Position numbers and translations under genes: made by a program. Shown in pieces: positions 52,399 to 62,962 of a stretch of 64,000 nt of DNA (position 1 is the stretch's first letter; each line of letters opens with the position of its first letter). This stretch comes from an uncultured Rhodoferax sp. (lineage in GTDB: Bacteria > Pseudomonadota > Gammaproteobacteria > Burkholderiales > Burkholderiaceae_C). The DNA lies in contig CAZIGL010000002.1 of the NCBI GenBank assembly GCA_964538895.1, positions 141,931 to 205,930 of the forward strand, written 5' to 3'. The notes below the pieces were generated by a model. That model was not told where the DNA came from, did not search any database, and worked only from the letters and a program-made list of their open reading frames with translations.

Positions 52399-55098
52399 TC
52401 AGGCTGCGTCAGCCACCCTGGCCGGGCTTGGGCTGCTGCGCCGACGCCAGGTTTTTTCAAGCTCCACTGCGACCCCGACAACAGCGGCTGCAGCCAGGCA
52501 AATGCCCAGTTCTCCAAGGCTCAGGGGTTGGGTCTTGAAGATGGGGTTGAGCACCGGCACGTAAATGGTGGCCATCTGCAGCACAAAGGTGAGCAGCACG
52601 GCACCGAGCAAAGGCTTGTTGCTGCCCAGGCCAAGCTGCCACAGCGACTCGCCCTCGGAGCGCACCACCATGACATGGGCCATTTGTGACAGCGTCAGCA
52701 CGGTAAATACCATGGTCTGCCAATGCGCATGGCCGTTCGCCAGCGCCCAGGCCTGCACGCCCAGACACAGGCCGGCAATCAACAGGCCAATGCCCAGAAT
52801 GTGCTGCCACATGCCGTTGGCAAATAGGCTCTCGGTGTGCGCGCGAGGCGGGCGCTGCATGATGCCGCGCTCGGCGGGCTCGGCTGCCAGCGCCAGGCCG
52901 GGCAGGCCGTCGGTGACCAGGTTGATCCACAGGATGTGAATGGGCAAGAGCGGGATCGGCAGAAACAGCAGCGGGGCCAAAAACAGCGTCAAGATCTCGC
53001 CTGAGTTGCTGGTCATGGTGTAGCGCACAAATTTTCGGATGTTGTCGTAAATGCGCCGGCCTTCGCGCACCGCCTTCACGATGCTTGCAAAGTTGTCATC
53101 GAGCAGCACCATGCTGGCAGCCTCGCGGGCCACGTCGGTGCCGCCCTGGCCCATGGCGACACCAATGTCGGCGCGTTTCAGGGCTGGGGCATCATTGACG
53201 CCATCGCCGGTCATGGCCACGATCTCGCCCTGCGCCTGCAAGGCTTCGACAATGCGGATTTTTTGTGCCGGGTCGACCCGGGCATACACCTGCACCTGCG
53301 ACACGCGCAGCGACAACGCGGCATCGTCAAGGGTGGCGAGGTCCTGCCCGGTCAGCACTTTGGCTTGTGGGTTGCTCACAATACCCAGGCGCAGGGCAAT
53401 GGCGCGTGCCGTGGCGGGGTGGTCGCCGGTGATCATGACCGGCATGATGCCGGCGGTGATGCAGTCGCGCACGGCGGCGGCGGCCTCGGGGCGCGGCGGG
53501 TCAATGAGCGCGATCAGGCCCAGAAACTGCAGTTGCTGCTCGGTGCTGTCGGGCGTCAGCGGGTCGGGCCGGGTGGCATGGTCACGTCGCGCCAGGGCCA
53601 GCACCCGCAGCCCCTGGGCCGCCAACGCGTCGGCCTGGTCGATCACTGCCTGGGTGTTCAGCGGCAGGGCGCCCTCAGGTGTCCATTGCGCGTCGCAACA
53701 CAGCAGCACCGATTCGGGGGCGCCTTTGGTGTAGCCGGTAAAGCCTTGCGCGCTGGCGTGCAGCGTGGTCATGCGCTTGCGCTCGGAGTCAAAGGGCAGT
53801 TCCTTCAAGCGGGGCCACCGGGCATCTTCCGCATTTTTGTCAATGCCACCGATTTGCGCGGCCACCACCAGTGCGGTTTCGGTGGGGTCGCCCTGCCAGT
53901 CGGGTGTGGGGCTGGTGCCTTGGCTGACCTGATTGCGGTGCGCGTCGTTGCACAGGGCGCCGGCGCGCAGGGCCTCCAGCAGCACCGGCCCGGGGGCTGG
54001 GTCGCCTGGTGCCCAGGACTGGTCTTGCGTCCAGACCAGTTCGGCATGCATTTTGTTTTGCGTCAGGGTGCCGGTTTTGTCCGAGCAAATGGTGGTGACC
54101 GAGCCCAGCGTTTCTACCGAGGGCAGGCGCCGCACCAGTGCGTTGACCGCCACCATGCGCCGCGCGCCCAGTGCCAACAGCACCGTCACCACCGCCGGCA
54201 GGGCCTCGGGGATGGCGGCCACGGCCAGGCTGATGGCGGTGAGCGCCATCAGCAGCGCCGGTTCGCCGCGCCAGACGCCAGCCACAAAAATCACCACGCA
54301 AATGCCAATGACCACCAGTGCCAGCCGTTTGCCAAAGGTGGCAAGGCGTCGCTGCAGTGGCGTGGTGCGGTCTTCGGGGTCGAGCAATTGCGCCACTTTG
54401 CCAAGTTCGGTGTTGGTGCCGGTGGCAACCACCAGGCCGCGCGCACGGCCGTGGGTGGCGGTGGTGCCTTTGTAGGCCATGTTGAGGCGGTCGCCCAGCG
54501 CGCCCTCAAAGCCGTCCGGCAAAGCCGCCGTATGTTTTGCCACCGTGACCGATTCACCGGTCAGCGCCGACTCGTCTACCCGCAGTTGCGCGCTGTGGAT
54601 CAGCCGCAGGTCGGCAGGCACCTTGTTGCCAGCCTCCAGCAGCACGATGTCGCCCGGCACCAGTTTGCTGGCGGCCACCTCCTGGGTTTGCTGGCTGCGC
54701 ACCACGGTGGCGCGGGCGGCGGCCAGCTGTTTGAGTGCCGCCATGGCGCGGTCGGCGCGCCAGCTTTGCGTGAAGCCGATCACGGCGTTGAGCACCACAA
54801 TGACCAGAATGGCCGCGGTGTCGATCAGGTCGCCAATCAGGCCCGACACCACGGCGGCGGCCAGCAGCACCAGCACCATGAAGTCGGTGAACTGCGCCGC
54901 CAGTATGGCCAGCGGGCCGCGTTGCGCCACACTGGGCAACTCGTTGGGGCCATGAATGGCCATGCGCCGCGCCACCTCGGCGGGTTGCAGTCCGTGCTCG
55001 GGGTCAACGGCGTGCTCGGTGGCCAACTCGTGCGCGTCGCGCTGGTGCCAGGGGCGTGGGTCGGGCGTGGCCTGGGGTGGCGTTTGCGGTGTGTTCAT
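52399..55098 (-). CDS. cation-transporting P-type ATPase (P2, Ca2+/Mg2+-like)
   Basis: ICSDKTGTLTQN, MITGDHP, TGDGVNDAPALKRADIGVAMG; 10 TM helices. Confidence 0.93.
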   Translation of the reverse strand: MNTPQTPPQATPDPRPWHQRDAHELATEHAVDPEHGLQPAEVARRMAIHGPNELPSVAQRGPLAILAAQFTDFMVLVLLAAAVVSGLIGDLIDTAAILVIVVLNAVIGFTQSWRADRAMAALKQLAAARATVVRSQQTQEVAASKLVPGDIVLLEAGNKVPADLRLIHSAQLRVDESALTGESVTVAKHTAALPDGFEGALGDRLNMAYKGTTATHGRARGLVVATGTNTELGKVAQLLDPEDRTTPLQRRLATFGKRLALVVIGICVVIFVAGVWRGEPALLMALTAISLAVAAIPEALPAVVTVLLALGARRMVAVNALVRRLPSVETLGSVTTICSDKTGTLTQNKMHAELVWTQDQSWAPGDPAPGPVLLEALRAGALCNDAHRNQVSQGTSPTPDWQGDPTETALVVAAQIGGIDKNAEDARWPRLKELPFDSERKRMTTLHASAQGFTGYTKGAPESVLLCCDAQWTPEGALPLNTQAVIDQADALAAQGLRVLALARRDHATRPDPLTPDSTEQQLQFLGLIALIDPPRPEAAAAVRDCITAGIMPVMITGDHPATARAIALRLGIVSNPQAKVLTGQDLATLDDAALSLRVSQVQVYARVDPAQKIRIVEALQAQGEIVAMTGDGVNDAPALKRADIGVAMGQGGTDVAREAASMVLLDDNFASIVKAVREGRRIYDNIRKFVRYTMTSNSGEILTLFLAPLLFLPIPLLPIHILWINLVTDGLPGLALAAEPAERGIMQRPPRAHTESLFANGMWQHILGIGLLIAGLCLGVQAWALANGHAHWQTMVFTVLTLSQMAHVMVVRSEGESLWQLGLGSNKPLLGAVLLTFVLQMATIYVPVLNPIFKTQPLSLGELGICLAAAAVVGVAVELEKTWRRRSSPSPARVADAA

Positions 55099-55149
55099 TG
55101 GCCTTGTGTGATGCTGAGCGCACCGGTGGTGGTGGCGATCAGCGGCGCG

Positions 55150-55482
55150 TCAGCTTTGCTGCAGGTGCGCGGGCAAGCGTGCCTGCAAGGACATCAGCTG
55201 GCGCTGCAGCAGCTCGATCTGCACCAGTTGGCCCAGCAAAATGGCCACCGTGAACAAGTCCAGATCAAAGTCAAGCCGCAATTTGGACGCCGAGCGCAAG
55301 GGCGCCACCCAATGGGCGCTGAAGGCGCGCTCAGGCGCGGCATTGGGCAGCGGCACCAAGGCGTTGTAGTCCACCAGCTCGTCGAGCTCGGCCAAGCTCA
55401 TGCCGCAACACTGGGCCAGCTCGGGCAGAGTGATGGTCTCGGTGGCGTCAAGAATGAAGCATTCAATGGCTTCTTGTTTCAT
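55150..55482 (-). CDS. cbpM: chaperone modulatory protein CbpM
   Basis: ORF 55150..55602. ATG 55482 gives [37 protein letters not shown]. Located downstream of cbpA with a 20-nt overlap. Confidence 0.8.
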   Translation of the reverse strand: MKQEAIECFILDATETITLPELAQCCGMSLAELDELVDYNALVPLPNAAPERAFSAHWVAPLRSASKLRLDFDLDLFTVAILLGQLVQIELLQRQLMSLQARLPAHLQQS

Positions 55483-56395
55483 GCGGGTTCTCCTTGGGCG
55501 TGGCAGTGCGGGGTTGAAAGCCTGAGACTTTGGCCAGTTCCTGGAACAGCTCGCGTTCACGCGCCGACAGCGTGGCGGGCACGTCAATGTGCACTTGGGC
55601 AAACAGGTCGCTGTGATCCGCCTTCAGGCCGCGTCCGCGCAGGCGCAACTTGCGCCCGCTGCGGGTGCCTGGCGGGATGGTCAGCAGCACGGGCTGGTCC
55701 AGCGTGGGCACTTCGACTTCGGCGCCCAGCGCGGCTTCCCAGGGGGTGAGCGCCAGGTCAAAGTACAGGTCGTGGTGGTCGGGTCGAAACACCGCATGGG
55801 GTGCGAGCTTGATGTGCAGATAAATGTCGCCGTTTGGCCCTCCGTTGTGGCCCTTGCCACCCTGGCCGCGCAGGCGCAGTTTCTGGCCCTGCCAGGCGCC
55901 TGGCGGAATGGTGACCTGCAGCGTGCGCTCAGCCGCACCATCGGCCAGGCTCAGCTTGATGGTGCTGCCGCGTCGGGCGTCTTCCAGGGGGATGGAGACC
56001 GAGGTCTCGTAATCGTTGCCCTTGCCAGGCATGGCGTGCTGTGGCCCGGCGCCGGGTCGGCGGCCCATGGCGGCCAGCAAATCGGCCAAATCCAGATCGT
56101 CAAACGACGTGCTGCCCGGCGCAAAACCCGGCGCAAAATCTTGTTGCCATTGCGGTGGCGGCTTGAACTCGGCACCGGTTGGCGGGTGGCCCAGCTCGTC
56201 GTAAGCGGCACGCTTGGCGCTGTCCTTGAGGGTGGCATAGGCTTCGGCGGCCTCCTTGAAGCGGGCCTCGGCATCTGGCGCCTTGGACACGTCCGGGTGG
56301 TAGCGGTGGGCCAGCTTGCGGTAGGCTTTTTTGATGTCATCCAGGCTGGCTGTGCGCGCCACCCCCAGTGTGTCGTAATAGTCTTTGTATTTCAT
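55463..56395 (-). CDS. cbpA: curved-DNA-binding DnaJ-class protein CbpA
   Basis: [12 protein letters not shown]...HPD J domain. There is no zinc finger; DnaJ C-terminal domains are present. Confidence 0.9.
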   Translation of the reverse strand: MKYKDYYDTLGVARTASLDDIKKAYRKLAHRYHPDVSKAPDAEARFKEAAEAYATLKDSAKRAAYDELGHPPTGAEFKPPPQWQQDFAPGFAPGSTSFDDLDLADLLAAMGRRPGAGPQHAMPGKGNDYETSVSIPLEDARRGSTIKLSLADGAAERTLQVTIPPGAWQGQKLRLRGQGGKGHNGGPNGDIYLHIKLAPHAVFRPDHHDLYFDLALTPWEAALGAEVEVPTLDQPVLLTIPPGTRSGRKLRLRGRGLKADHSDLFAQVHIDVPATLSARERELFQELAKVSGFQPRTATPKENPHETRSH

Positions 56396-56419
56396 GGTGC
56401 GGCCAGTTTGCAGGCGGTG

Positions 56420-57526
56420 TCAGGGGGCTGCGTTGCGATTGCTCAAGAGAGTTTGCCGTGTATCCCCAAAAATTTGCCAGGCCGCCATGAACATGGCCGC
56501 AATCAACGGCCCGAGCACAAAGCCGTTGATGCCAAAAACAGCCATGCCGCCCAAGGTGGAGATCAACACCACGTAGTCGGGCAGGCGGGTGTCTTTGCCC
56601 ACCAGAATGGGTCGCAACAGGTTGTCTGCCAGGCCGATCACCAGCACGCCGTAGGCCGTGAGTGCCAGGCCTTGCCAAAGTGCGCCGGTCACCAAAAAAT
56701 ACAGCGCCACCGGCCCCCAGACGAGCGCTGCACCAATGGCCGGCAAAAGCGACAAAGCCGCCATCAGGACCGCCCACAACAAGGCACCGCTGACGCCCAG
56801 GGCCCAGAACGCCAGGCCACCCAGGGCGCCCTGGATCAGCGCCACCAGCAAATTGCCCTTGACCGTGGCACGCACCACGGTGGCAAACTTGTGCCATAGT
56901 TTTTGCCGGTGCACCGGGGCCAGCGGAATCATGCGCCCGATGGCGCGCACGGTGCTGTCGCCGTCGCGGATCAAAAAGAAGGCGAGGTAGAGCGAAATGC
57001 CCAGGCTGATGACAAATTCGAAGGTGTTTTGCCCGATGTTGAACACCTGGGTGGCGGCAAACTGCGAACCTTGCGCCAGCGAAGCCGTCAACCGGCGTTG
57101 CAGGGTTGCAAAATTGATCAGGCCAAAGCGGTCCAGAATGGCGCCCACCCAATCGGGCAAGCGGTTGAAGGCGCGATTGAAGTACAGGGCCAGGTTGATC
57201 TCGCCTGATTGCAGCCCTTGGTACAACCAGGCAGCCTCCTGGGCCAGCAGCAGCATCACCAGGGTCAGGGGCAAAATAACCATCAGCAGCACCACGGTGA
57301 GCGTGCACAGCGCGGCCAACGTGCGCCGATGTCCGACGCGCGGCAACAGCCAGCGGTGCAAGGGTGTGAACAACAACGACAAGATCAGCCCCCACATGAT
57401 GGCCGCGTAAAACGGCACCAGGATGCTGCTCAGCGCGAGCGACACCGCTGCCAGCAACACCAGCAGCGCACCGTTTTCATGGGGTGCTGGCGGGGGGTGG
57501 ATTGACGCGGTTTCAGGTGTGGGCAT
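56420..57526 (-). CDS. AI-2E family transporter (PerM/YhhT-like)
   Basis: Polytopic membrane protein of 368 aa with ...TVKGNLLVALIQGALGGLAFW... Confidence 0.8.
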   Translation of the reverse strand: MPTPETASIHPPPAPHENGALLVLLAAVSLALSSILVPFYAAIMWGLILSLLFTPLHRWLLPRVGHRRTLAALCTLTVVLLMVILPLTLVMLLLAQEAAWLYQGLQSGEINLALYFNRAFNRLPDWVGAILDRFGLINFATLQRRLTASLAQGSQFAATQVFNIGQNTFEFVISLGISLYLAFFLIRDGDSTVRAIGRMIPLAPVHRQKLWHKFATVVRATVKGNLLVALIQGALGGLAFWALGVSGALLWAVLMAALSLLPAIGAALVWGPVALYFLVTGALWQGLALTAYGVLVIGLADNLLRPILVGKDTRLPDYVVLISTLGGMAVFGINGFVLGPLIAAMFMAAWQIFGDTRQTLLSNRNAAP

Positions 57527-57645
57527 ATCAGGTTTTCGCTTGGGTGCCCAGCGCCTTGATCACTTGAGGCATGGGCCCGGTGAAGACGGCAGACACCGAC
57601 AGCCAGCGCCAGGCGCGGGTGCATGGTTGCCAACCGTGTGCCATG

Positions 57646-57927
57646 TTAGTGGTGGCTGCGTGTGCGGCTGATCAGGCTGACCAGCGCCATCAGGGTGGCA
57701 CCGGTGGCAGCGGCGATCAACATCGCCTTGACCGGCTCGTGCCGGACGTAATGCGCCATGTCGTCAGACGCGCGCGCGGCCTTGACGCGCAATTCGTGCG
57801 AGGTTTCGCGCACGCCGTCCACAACCCCGTGGGCCAGCTGTTGGCTTGATTTCACCACTTGATCAGCGGCATGGGTGGCCTGGTCTGCCAGGGTGGTGGA
57901 GATGTTGTTTGAGGTGTGTGTGAACAT
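57646..57927 (-). CDS. DUF883 (ElaB/YqjD-family) tail-anchored stress protein
   Basis: A 93-aa helical N-part, then HEPVKAMLIAAATGATLMALVSL as a C-terminal TM anchor. Confidence 0.75.
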   Translation of the reverse strand: MFTHTSNNISTTLADQATHAADQVVKSSQQLAHGVVDGVRETSHELRVKAARASDDMAHYVRHEPVKAMLIAAATGATLMALVSLISRTRSHH

Positions 57928-58003
57928 GGAGCTTCCTTCGATCGTGGATCGTGTTAAAAAAAGTGGACAGGGGAGGGGACAGGTTTTGGGTTGGTCTGAT
58001 CGG

Positions 58004-58168
58004 TCAGCGTTTTTTGATCAGGCCAAAGAGAAAACTGGCAATGGCCAGCACCAAAAATATAAAAAATAGCGTTTTGGCGATGCTGACAGCACCAGCCGCA
58101 ATGCCGCCGAAGCCGAACAGGGCGGCGATCAGCGCAACAACAAAAAAAACAAGGGCGTAGTGCAACAT
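58004..58168 (-). CDS. DUF1328 (UPF0391/YtjA) small membrane protein
   Basis: ORF 58004..58291. ATG 58168 gives [49 protein letters not shown]. Confidence 0.8.
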   Translation of the reverse strand: MLHYALVFFVVALIAALFGFGGIAAGAVSIAKTLFFIFLVLAIASFLFGLIKKR

Positions 58169-58414
58169 CAAAAAGGTCCTGGTAAACAAGCCTTGAGGCC
58201 TGGAGACCCTTAATTTAAGTGAACGCTGGGTGGCCGTCTGTTCGCTGCCGAACACAATCAGCTGCAAGCAGGCCTGGTCTGGAAGATTCACGCTTTAAAA
58301 GTTGATATTTGTGATTTCAGCCTGCTCGCAGGTGTGAAAATCAGTTCAAAATTTAAGTGAGCGTCACGACTTTGACTTTTGTCTAAAGCACGACGTTTAT
58401 CCAAGAAGGAAAAA

Positions 58415-59566
58415 ATGACCCAAGCGATTTGGACTTTGATGGAAAGCTCTGGCTCCCTGACCGAGCGTTTGTCGGCGTTGCACGATCGTTTGCTTGAATC
58501 GGTTCCTGGTGTGGACCGGATTGCCTGCGCGCTCTATGACGCTGACCGGGATCGGCTCAAGACGTTCATCAACAGCACCCGTGTCGGGCAAGCCATTTCA
58601 GGTTATGAGTACTGCTTGTCGGACAGCCGGTCGCTGAGTCAGTTGGCCGAAAGTGGCCAGTTTCGTGTGCTCGACAATATTGCGGCAGTGCTGGAGTCGA
58701 ATTCGGCGCATGCCAACTGGCTCAAGGAGCAGGGTTACCGCTCCTCTTTCACGGTGCCAATTTATGACCACGGAAAGCTGCTGGGATTCATCTTTTTTGA
58801 CGCCATGCAGCCTGGCGCCTTCAAGCCCGAAGTGCAGCGCGATCTGGTGCTCTACACCGCCTTGATCACCATGGCGATCACCGATGAGATGTCGGCCGTG
58901 CGCATGGTCATCGAGTCGGCGTGGGTGGCGCGCGAAATGACCGAAATGCGCGACTTCGAAACCGGCATGCACCTGGTGCGCATGGGCCGCTACTCGCGCA
59001 TCATTGCCCGCGATATCGCCCCGCTGTATGGTCTTGACGATGAATTTGTCGAGAGCGTTCACCTCTTTGCGCCCTTGCACGACATCGGCAAGATCGCTAT
59101 TCCGGACCGGATTTTGCTCAAGCCCGGCAAGCTCGACGCCGAGGAACGCGCCATCATGGAGACCCATGTGAAAAAGGGCATGGAGATCATCGAACGCATC
59201 ATTGGGCGCAATGGCCTCAACCATTTTCCTGACTCGCGTGCCCTGAAAAACATCGTCTTGTGCCATCACGAGCGCATGGATGGATCCGGTTATCCGCAGG
59301 GGCTCAGTGGCGATCAGGTGCCGCTGGAAGCGCGCATTGTGGCGGTGGCCGACATCTTTGACGCACTCACAGCCCAGCGACCCTACAAGGAGCAATGGTC
59401 GCTCGAAGATGCCTTTGTTGAGCTGGACCAGCTGGTGAGCTCGGGCAAACTGGACGCCAATTGTGTGGCGGCGCTGCTCAACAATGCCCGCGAGGTGTTT
59501 GAAATACAGAGCCGTTACGTCGACCCGGATGCTGGTTGCAACGAGCGCGTGCCCGGCGCCTTGTGA
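58415..59566 (+). CDS. HD-GYP domain c-di-GMP phosphodiesterase with N-terminal GAF-like domain
   Basis: ORF 58379..59566. ATG 58415 follows AAGGAAAAA. Motifs HLFAPLHDIGK and HHERMDGSGYPQGL. Confidence 0.85.
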   Translation: MTQAIWTLMESSGSLTERLSALHDRLLESVPGVDRIACALYDADRDRLKTFINSTRVGQAISGYEYCLSDSRSLSQLAESGQFRVLDNIAAVLESNSAHANWLKEQGYRSSFTVPIYDHGKLLGFIFFDAMQPGAFKPEVQRDLVLYTALITMAITDEMSAVRMVIESAWVAREMTEMRDFETGMHLVRMGRYSRIIARDIAPLYGLDDEFVESVHLFAPLHDIGKIAIPDRILLKPGKLDAEERAIMETHVKKGMEIIERIIGRNGLNHFPDSRALKNIVLCHHERMDGSGYPQGLSGDQVPLEARIVAVADIFDALTAQRPYKEQWSLEDAFVELDQLVSSGKLDANCVAALLNNAREVFEIQSRYVDPDAGCNERVPGAL

Positions 59567-59576
59567 TCACACTTGG

Positions 59577-60851
59577 CTAAATCGCTCCGTCAAACATCAT
59601 CACGCTGACGTCATCACCCAGGGCCACGTTGCCCTGCGCGTGGTGCAGCACGATCAGGCCGTTGGCACGCACCATGGAACTCAGCACGCCCGAGCCCTGG
59701 TTGCCGGTGGTGGCCACTTGCAGGCTGCCGTCGGGCGCCGTGCTGACGATGCCGCGCTGGTACTCGGTGCGGCCGGGCTTTTTGCGAATGGCTTCCAGAC
59801 TTCTGGCCCGCAGCAGCGGGAGCGCGCTGTGGCTGCAACCCATCATTTGCAGCAGGGCAGGGCGCACAAAGGCCAAAAATGTCACCATCACGGCGACCGG
59901 GTTGCCGGGCAGGCCAAACAGCACGGTGGGTTTGGGATTCAGGATCCGGCCCACGGCCATGGGCCGCCCCGGGCGCATGGCAATTTTCCAGAAGGCCACA
60001 TCACCAAGTTGCTTCATCATGGCCTTGGTGTAATCGGCCTCGCCCACACTCACACCGCCGCTGGTGATGATGGCGTCGGCTTGCGCGGCCGCCTGCACAA
60101 AAGCGGCTTCGAGTGCTGCGGGCTGGTCGCGCACCACACCCATGTCAATCACCTCGCAACCCAGGCGGGTCAGCAGGCCAAACACGGTGTAGCGGTTGCT
60201 GTCGTACACAGCGCCCTCGCGCGGCGGCTCGCCCAGGCTCAGAATTTCGTCGCCAGTCGAAAAATAGGCCACTTTGAGGCGGCGCAGCACCGGCACCCTG
60301 CTGATGCCCAGGCTGGCTACCAAGCCCAGCGCAGCCGGGGTGAGCAGTTCGCCTTTTTGCAGCGCGGGTTGGCCTTGCATCAGGTCTTCGCCCTGATGGC
60401 GACGGTTGTCGCCGGCCTGCAGCAGCTTGGCAGGAATGGAGACCAAGTCGCCGACCACGCTGGTGAACTCTTGCGGTACCACGGTGTCCAGACCGGCGGG
60501 CATGATGGCCCCGGTCATGATCTTCACGCACTCGCCCAACTGCACCGAGCCGCGCCAGGCTTTGCCCGCCAGCGCGGTGCCGATGACTTTCAGGCTCAGC
60601 GGCGCGTCTGCGCTGAGCTGGGCACCGTCAAAGGCGAAACCGTCCATGGCCGAGTTGTCGTGCGGTGGCACGCTGATCGGGCTGATGAGGTCGGCCGCCA
60701 GCACGCGTCCAAGCGCGTTGAAAATGTCCAAGGCCTCCACTTCGGTCACCGGCTCGACCAGCTGGGCCAGAAAGCTGTTGACCATGTCGGCGCTCAGCGC
60801 CTGCGGGTCGTAGCCCGCGAGTTCGCAGGCAATTTGGTCCAGCGTTTTCAT
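59577..60851 (-). CDS. moeA: molybdopterin molybdotransferase
   Basis: MoeA N-terminal, MoCF-binding ([12 protein letters not shown]) and C-terminal domains. The ATG overlaps the mobA stop (ATGA). Confidence 0.92.
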   Translation of the reverse strand: MKTLDQIACELAGYDPQALSADMVNSFLAQLVEPVTEVEALDIFNALGRVLAADLISPISVPPHDNSAMDGFAFDGAQLSADAPLSLKVIGTALAGKAWRGSVQLGECVKIMTGAIMPAGLDTVVPQEFTSVVGDLVSIPAKLLQAGDNRRHQGEDLMQGQPALQKGELLTPAALGLVASLGISRVPVLRRLKVAYFSTGDEILSLGEPPREGAVYDSNRYTVFGLLTRLGCEVIDMGVVRDQPAALEAAFVQAAAQADAIITSGGVSVGEADYTKAMMKQLGDVAFWKIAMRPGRPMAVGRILNPKPTVLFGLPGNPVAVMVTFLAFVRPALLQMMGCSHSALPLLRARSLEAIRKKPGRTEYQRGIVSTAPDGSLQVATTGNQGSGVLSSMVRANGLIVLHHAQGNVALGDDVSVMMFDGAI

Positions 60852-61483
60852 GTGGCGCGGTTTTCCAGTTGTTGCAATTCGGCCAGGGTGTTGGCGTTGA
60901 AAAAAGCCTGCGGGTCGTCACCAGGCGCATCAAACGCCACCACGGCGGTGGGGTGCAGCGCGGTCCAGGCGTCAATCTTGCGGCCACCGCCCTGGGTAAA
61001 GCGCACCAGGCTTTCCAGCAGCTCGGTGCGCAGCAGGCAAAACACCGGCTGGGTGCGCACCTGCATCTGGCCGTCTTGGCCCGCCTCGGGGGCGGCCGCC
61101 ATGGCGATGTCGGCGTCTTCGGCCTCCAAAGCGGCAGCCAGGCGCTGTGCCAGGTCCAGCGGCAACAGCGGGGTGTCGCAGGGCACGGTCAGCAAATAAG
61201 GGGTTTCGCAGCGCTCCAGCCCGGTCAAAAAACCGGCCAGGGGGCCGGCGTAGTCGGCCAGCACATCGGGCCAGACCGGCACACCAAACGATTCGTAGGC
61301 GGCCAGGTTGCGGTTGGCGTTGATCATGATCTCGCCCACGCCACCGCTGATCTGCAAGCGCGTCAGGGTGTGCAGCGCCAGCGGCAGCCCCTTGAAGTTT
61401 TGCAGGCCCTTGTCCACCCCGCCCATGCGTGAGCCGCGCCCGCCCGCCAGGATCAAGGCGGTGATGTTGTTTGCAGTGATCAA
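60848..61483 (-). CDS. mobA: molybdenum cofactor guanylyltransferase
   Basis: [20 protein letters not shown]. Apparent TTG start 1 nt after the moaA stop. Confidence 0.88.
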   Translation of the reverse strand: MITANNITALILAGGRGSRMGGVDKGLQNFKGLPLALHTLTRLQISGGVGEIMINANRNLAAYESFGVPVWPDVLADYAGPLAGFLTGLERCETPYLLTVPCDTPLLPLDLAQRLAAALEAEDADIAMAAAPEAGQDGQMQVRTQPVFCLLRTELLESLVRFTQGGGRKIDAWTALHPTAVVAFDAPGDDPQAFFNANTLAELQQLENRAT

Positions 61484-61484
61484 G

Positions 61485-62645
61485 TCATCCTCCGATGTAG
61501 CTCATTTCCACCCGCTTCACCGGGGCGCCCGAATCAACAGGCATCTTGCTGCGCTGCTCAGAATAATTGTCATCACGGGCCCGCCAAATGTGGCCAATGG
61601 CGCTGGCCAGGTCGGCGTCGGAGGCCGAGCCGCGCACCAGGCTACGCAGGTCGTAGCCTTGAGAGGCAAACAGGCACAGGTACAACTGGCCTTCGGTCGA
61701 CAGGCGGGCGCGGTTGCATTCGCCACAAAAGGCCTGGGTGACGCTGCTGATCACGCCAATTTCACCCGCCGCCGGGTCATGGCGGCCCTGTGCGTCGGCA
61801 TAACCCCAGCGTGAGGCGGTCTCGCCCGGGTTGGAAGGCTCCAGTTGCACCAGCGGCAACTCGGACTGGATCAGCCGCACCACCTCAGCCGAGGGCATGA
61901 CCTCGTTCATGCGCCAGCCGTTGGTGGCGCCCACGTCCATGTACTCAATGAAGCGCAGCACCATGCCGCTGCCCCTGAAGTAACGCGCCATCGGCAAAAT
62001 TTCCTGCGCGTTGGTGCCGCGTTTGACCACCATGTTGATCTTGATCGGCCCCAGGCCCACCGCGCGCGCCGCCTCGATGCCGTCAAGCACGTCGGCCACC
62101 GGAAAATCAACATCGTTCATGCTGCGAAAGACCGCGTCGTCGAGCCCGTCCAGGCTCACCGTGACGCGTTGCAGCCCGGCATCTTTCAAGGCCCTGGCCT
62201 TGCGCGCCAGCAGCGAGCCGTTGGTGGTCAGCGTCAGGTCGAGCGGTTGCCCCTCGGGCGTGCGCAGGCTGGCGAGTTGCTCAACCAGATGTTCCAGGTT
62301 TTTGCGCAGCAGCGGCTCGCCGCCAGTGAGCCGGATTTTTTGCACGCCATGCGCCACGAAGATCCGTGCCATGCGGGTGATTTCTTCAAAACTCAGCAGG
62401 TCGGCGTGTTTGAGATAGGGGTAATCGGTGCCAAAAATTTCTTTGGGCATGCAGTAGTTGCAGCGAAAGTTGCAGCGGTCGGTGACGCTGATGCGCAGGT
62501 CGCGCAAAGACCGGCCGCGGGTGTCGGCCAGCAGGCCGTCGGCCATTGCGCGCGTGCGGGCATCGAAGGCAGCCGGGGGCACAGCCAGGCCATGAGGCCG
62601 CACATCCATCAGCGGGATGACGCGGTGAGTGTCTCGATCATTCAT
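61485..62645 (-). CDS. moaA: GTP 3',8-cyclase (radical SAM)
   Basis: [15 protein letters not shown] radical-SAM cluster and a C-terminal [10 protein letters not shown] cluster. Confidence 0.95.
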   Translation of the reverse strand: MNDRDTHRVIPLMDVRPHGLAVPPAAFDARTRAMADGLLADTRGRSLRDLRISVTDRCNFRCNYCMPKEIFGTDYPYLKHADLLSFEEITRMARIFVAHGVQKIRLTGGEPLLRKNLEHLVEQLASLRTPEGQPLDLTLTTNGSLLARKARALKDAGLQRVTVSLDGLDDAVFRSMNDVDFPVADVLDGIEAARAVGLGPIKINMVVKRGTNAQEILPMARYFRGSGMVLRFIEYMDVGATNGWRMNEVMPSAEVVRLIQSELPLVQLEPSNPGETASRWGYADAQGRHDPAAGEIGVISSVTQAFCGECNRARLSTEGQLYLCLFASQGYDLRSLVRGSASDADLASAIGHIWRARDDNYSEQRSKMPVDSGAPVKRVEMSYIGG

Positions 62646-62962
62646 TATGTGTATGCAGGCAAGGGCCTTTAGTGGAGCCGAATTTTGGCATGATTTGAGC
62701 TGACCCCAACCGCCCCAGCGTGGTGTCCCTCCTTGCCGTGCGTCTGGACTGGCCGGGTCGAAACGCCTGACTGAGACAGCTTTGCGCCAGCCATGTTGTG
62801 AGCGTCACCGCGCTGCTGGCCCAAACTTGGTTGGCGCTTTCACAGGCATTTGACCTTTCCCTAAATTCGTCGCGATGGCTGGAAACTTGGTCAAATTGCA
62901 AGCGGCGTCCAGCATAATCGCTGATATTTGACACGCCAAGGGACCATGACGAGGGGTGCAGA

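Noticed and set aside
53263-55749. 828-aa ORF antisense to the P-type ATPase and cbpM/cbpA
   Set aside because: It spans three well-supported minus-strand genes, and its composition (Gly/Arg/Ala/His runs) is not protein-like.
58141-58150. T8 run (minus strand) inside the DUF1328 gene as a possible phase-variation tract
   Set aside because: It encodes the Val-Phe-Phe-Val of a TM helix. The length is marginal for slipped-strand switching, and a housekeeping-type small membrane protein has no contingency-gene context.
62646-62962. Possible molybdenum-cofactor riboswitch in the 317-bp region upstream of moaA
   Set aside because: The transcribed strand contains ...GGCTCCACTAAAGGCCC... just before the ATG, which is vaguely reminiscent of the conserved CCUCC...GGAAAGG segments. 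I could not reconstruct the multi-stem consensus by eye. cmsearch with the Rfam Moco RNA motif model would settle it; a significant hit would overturn this rejection.
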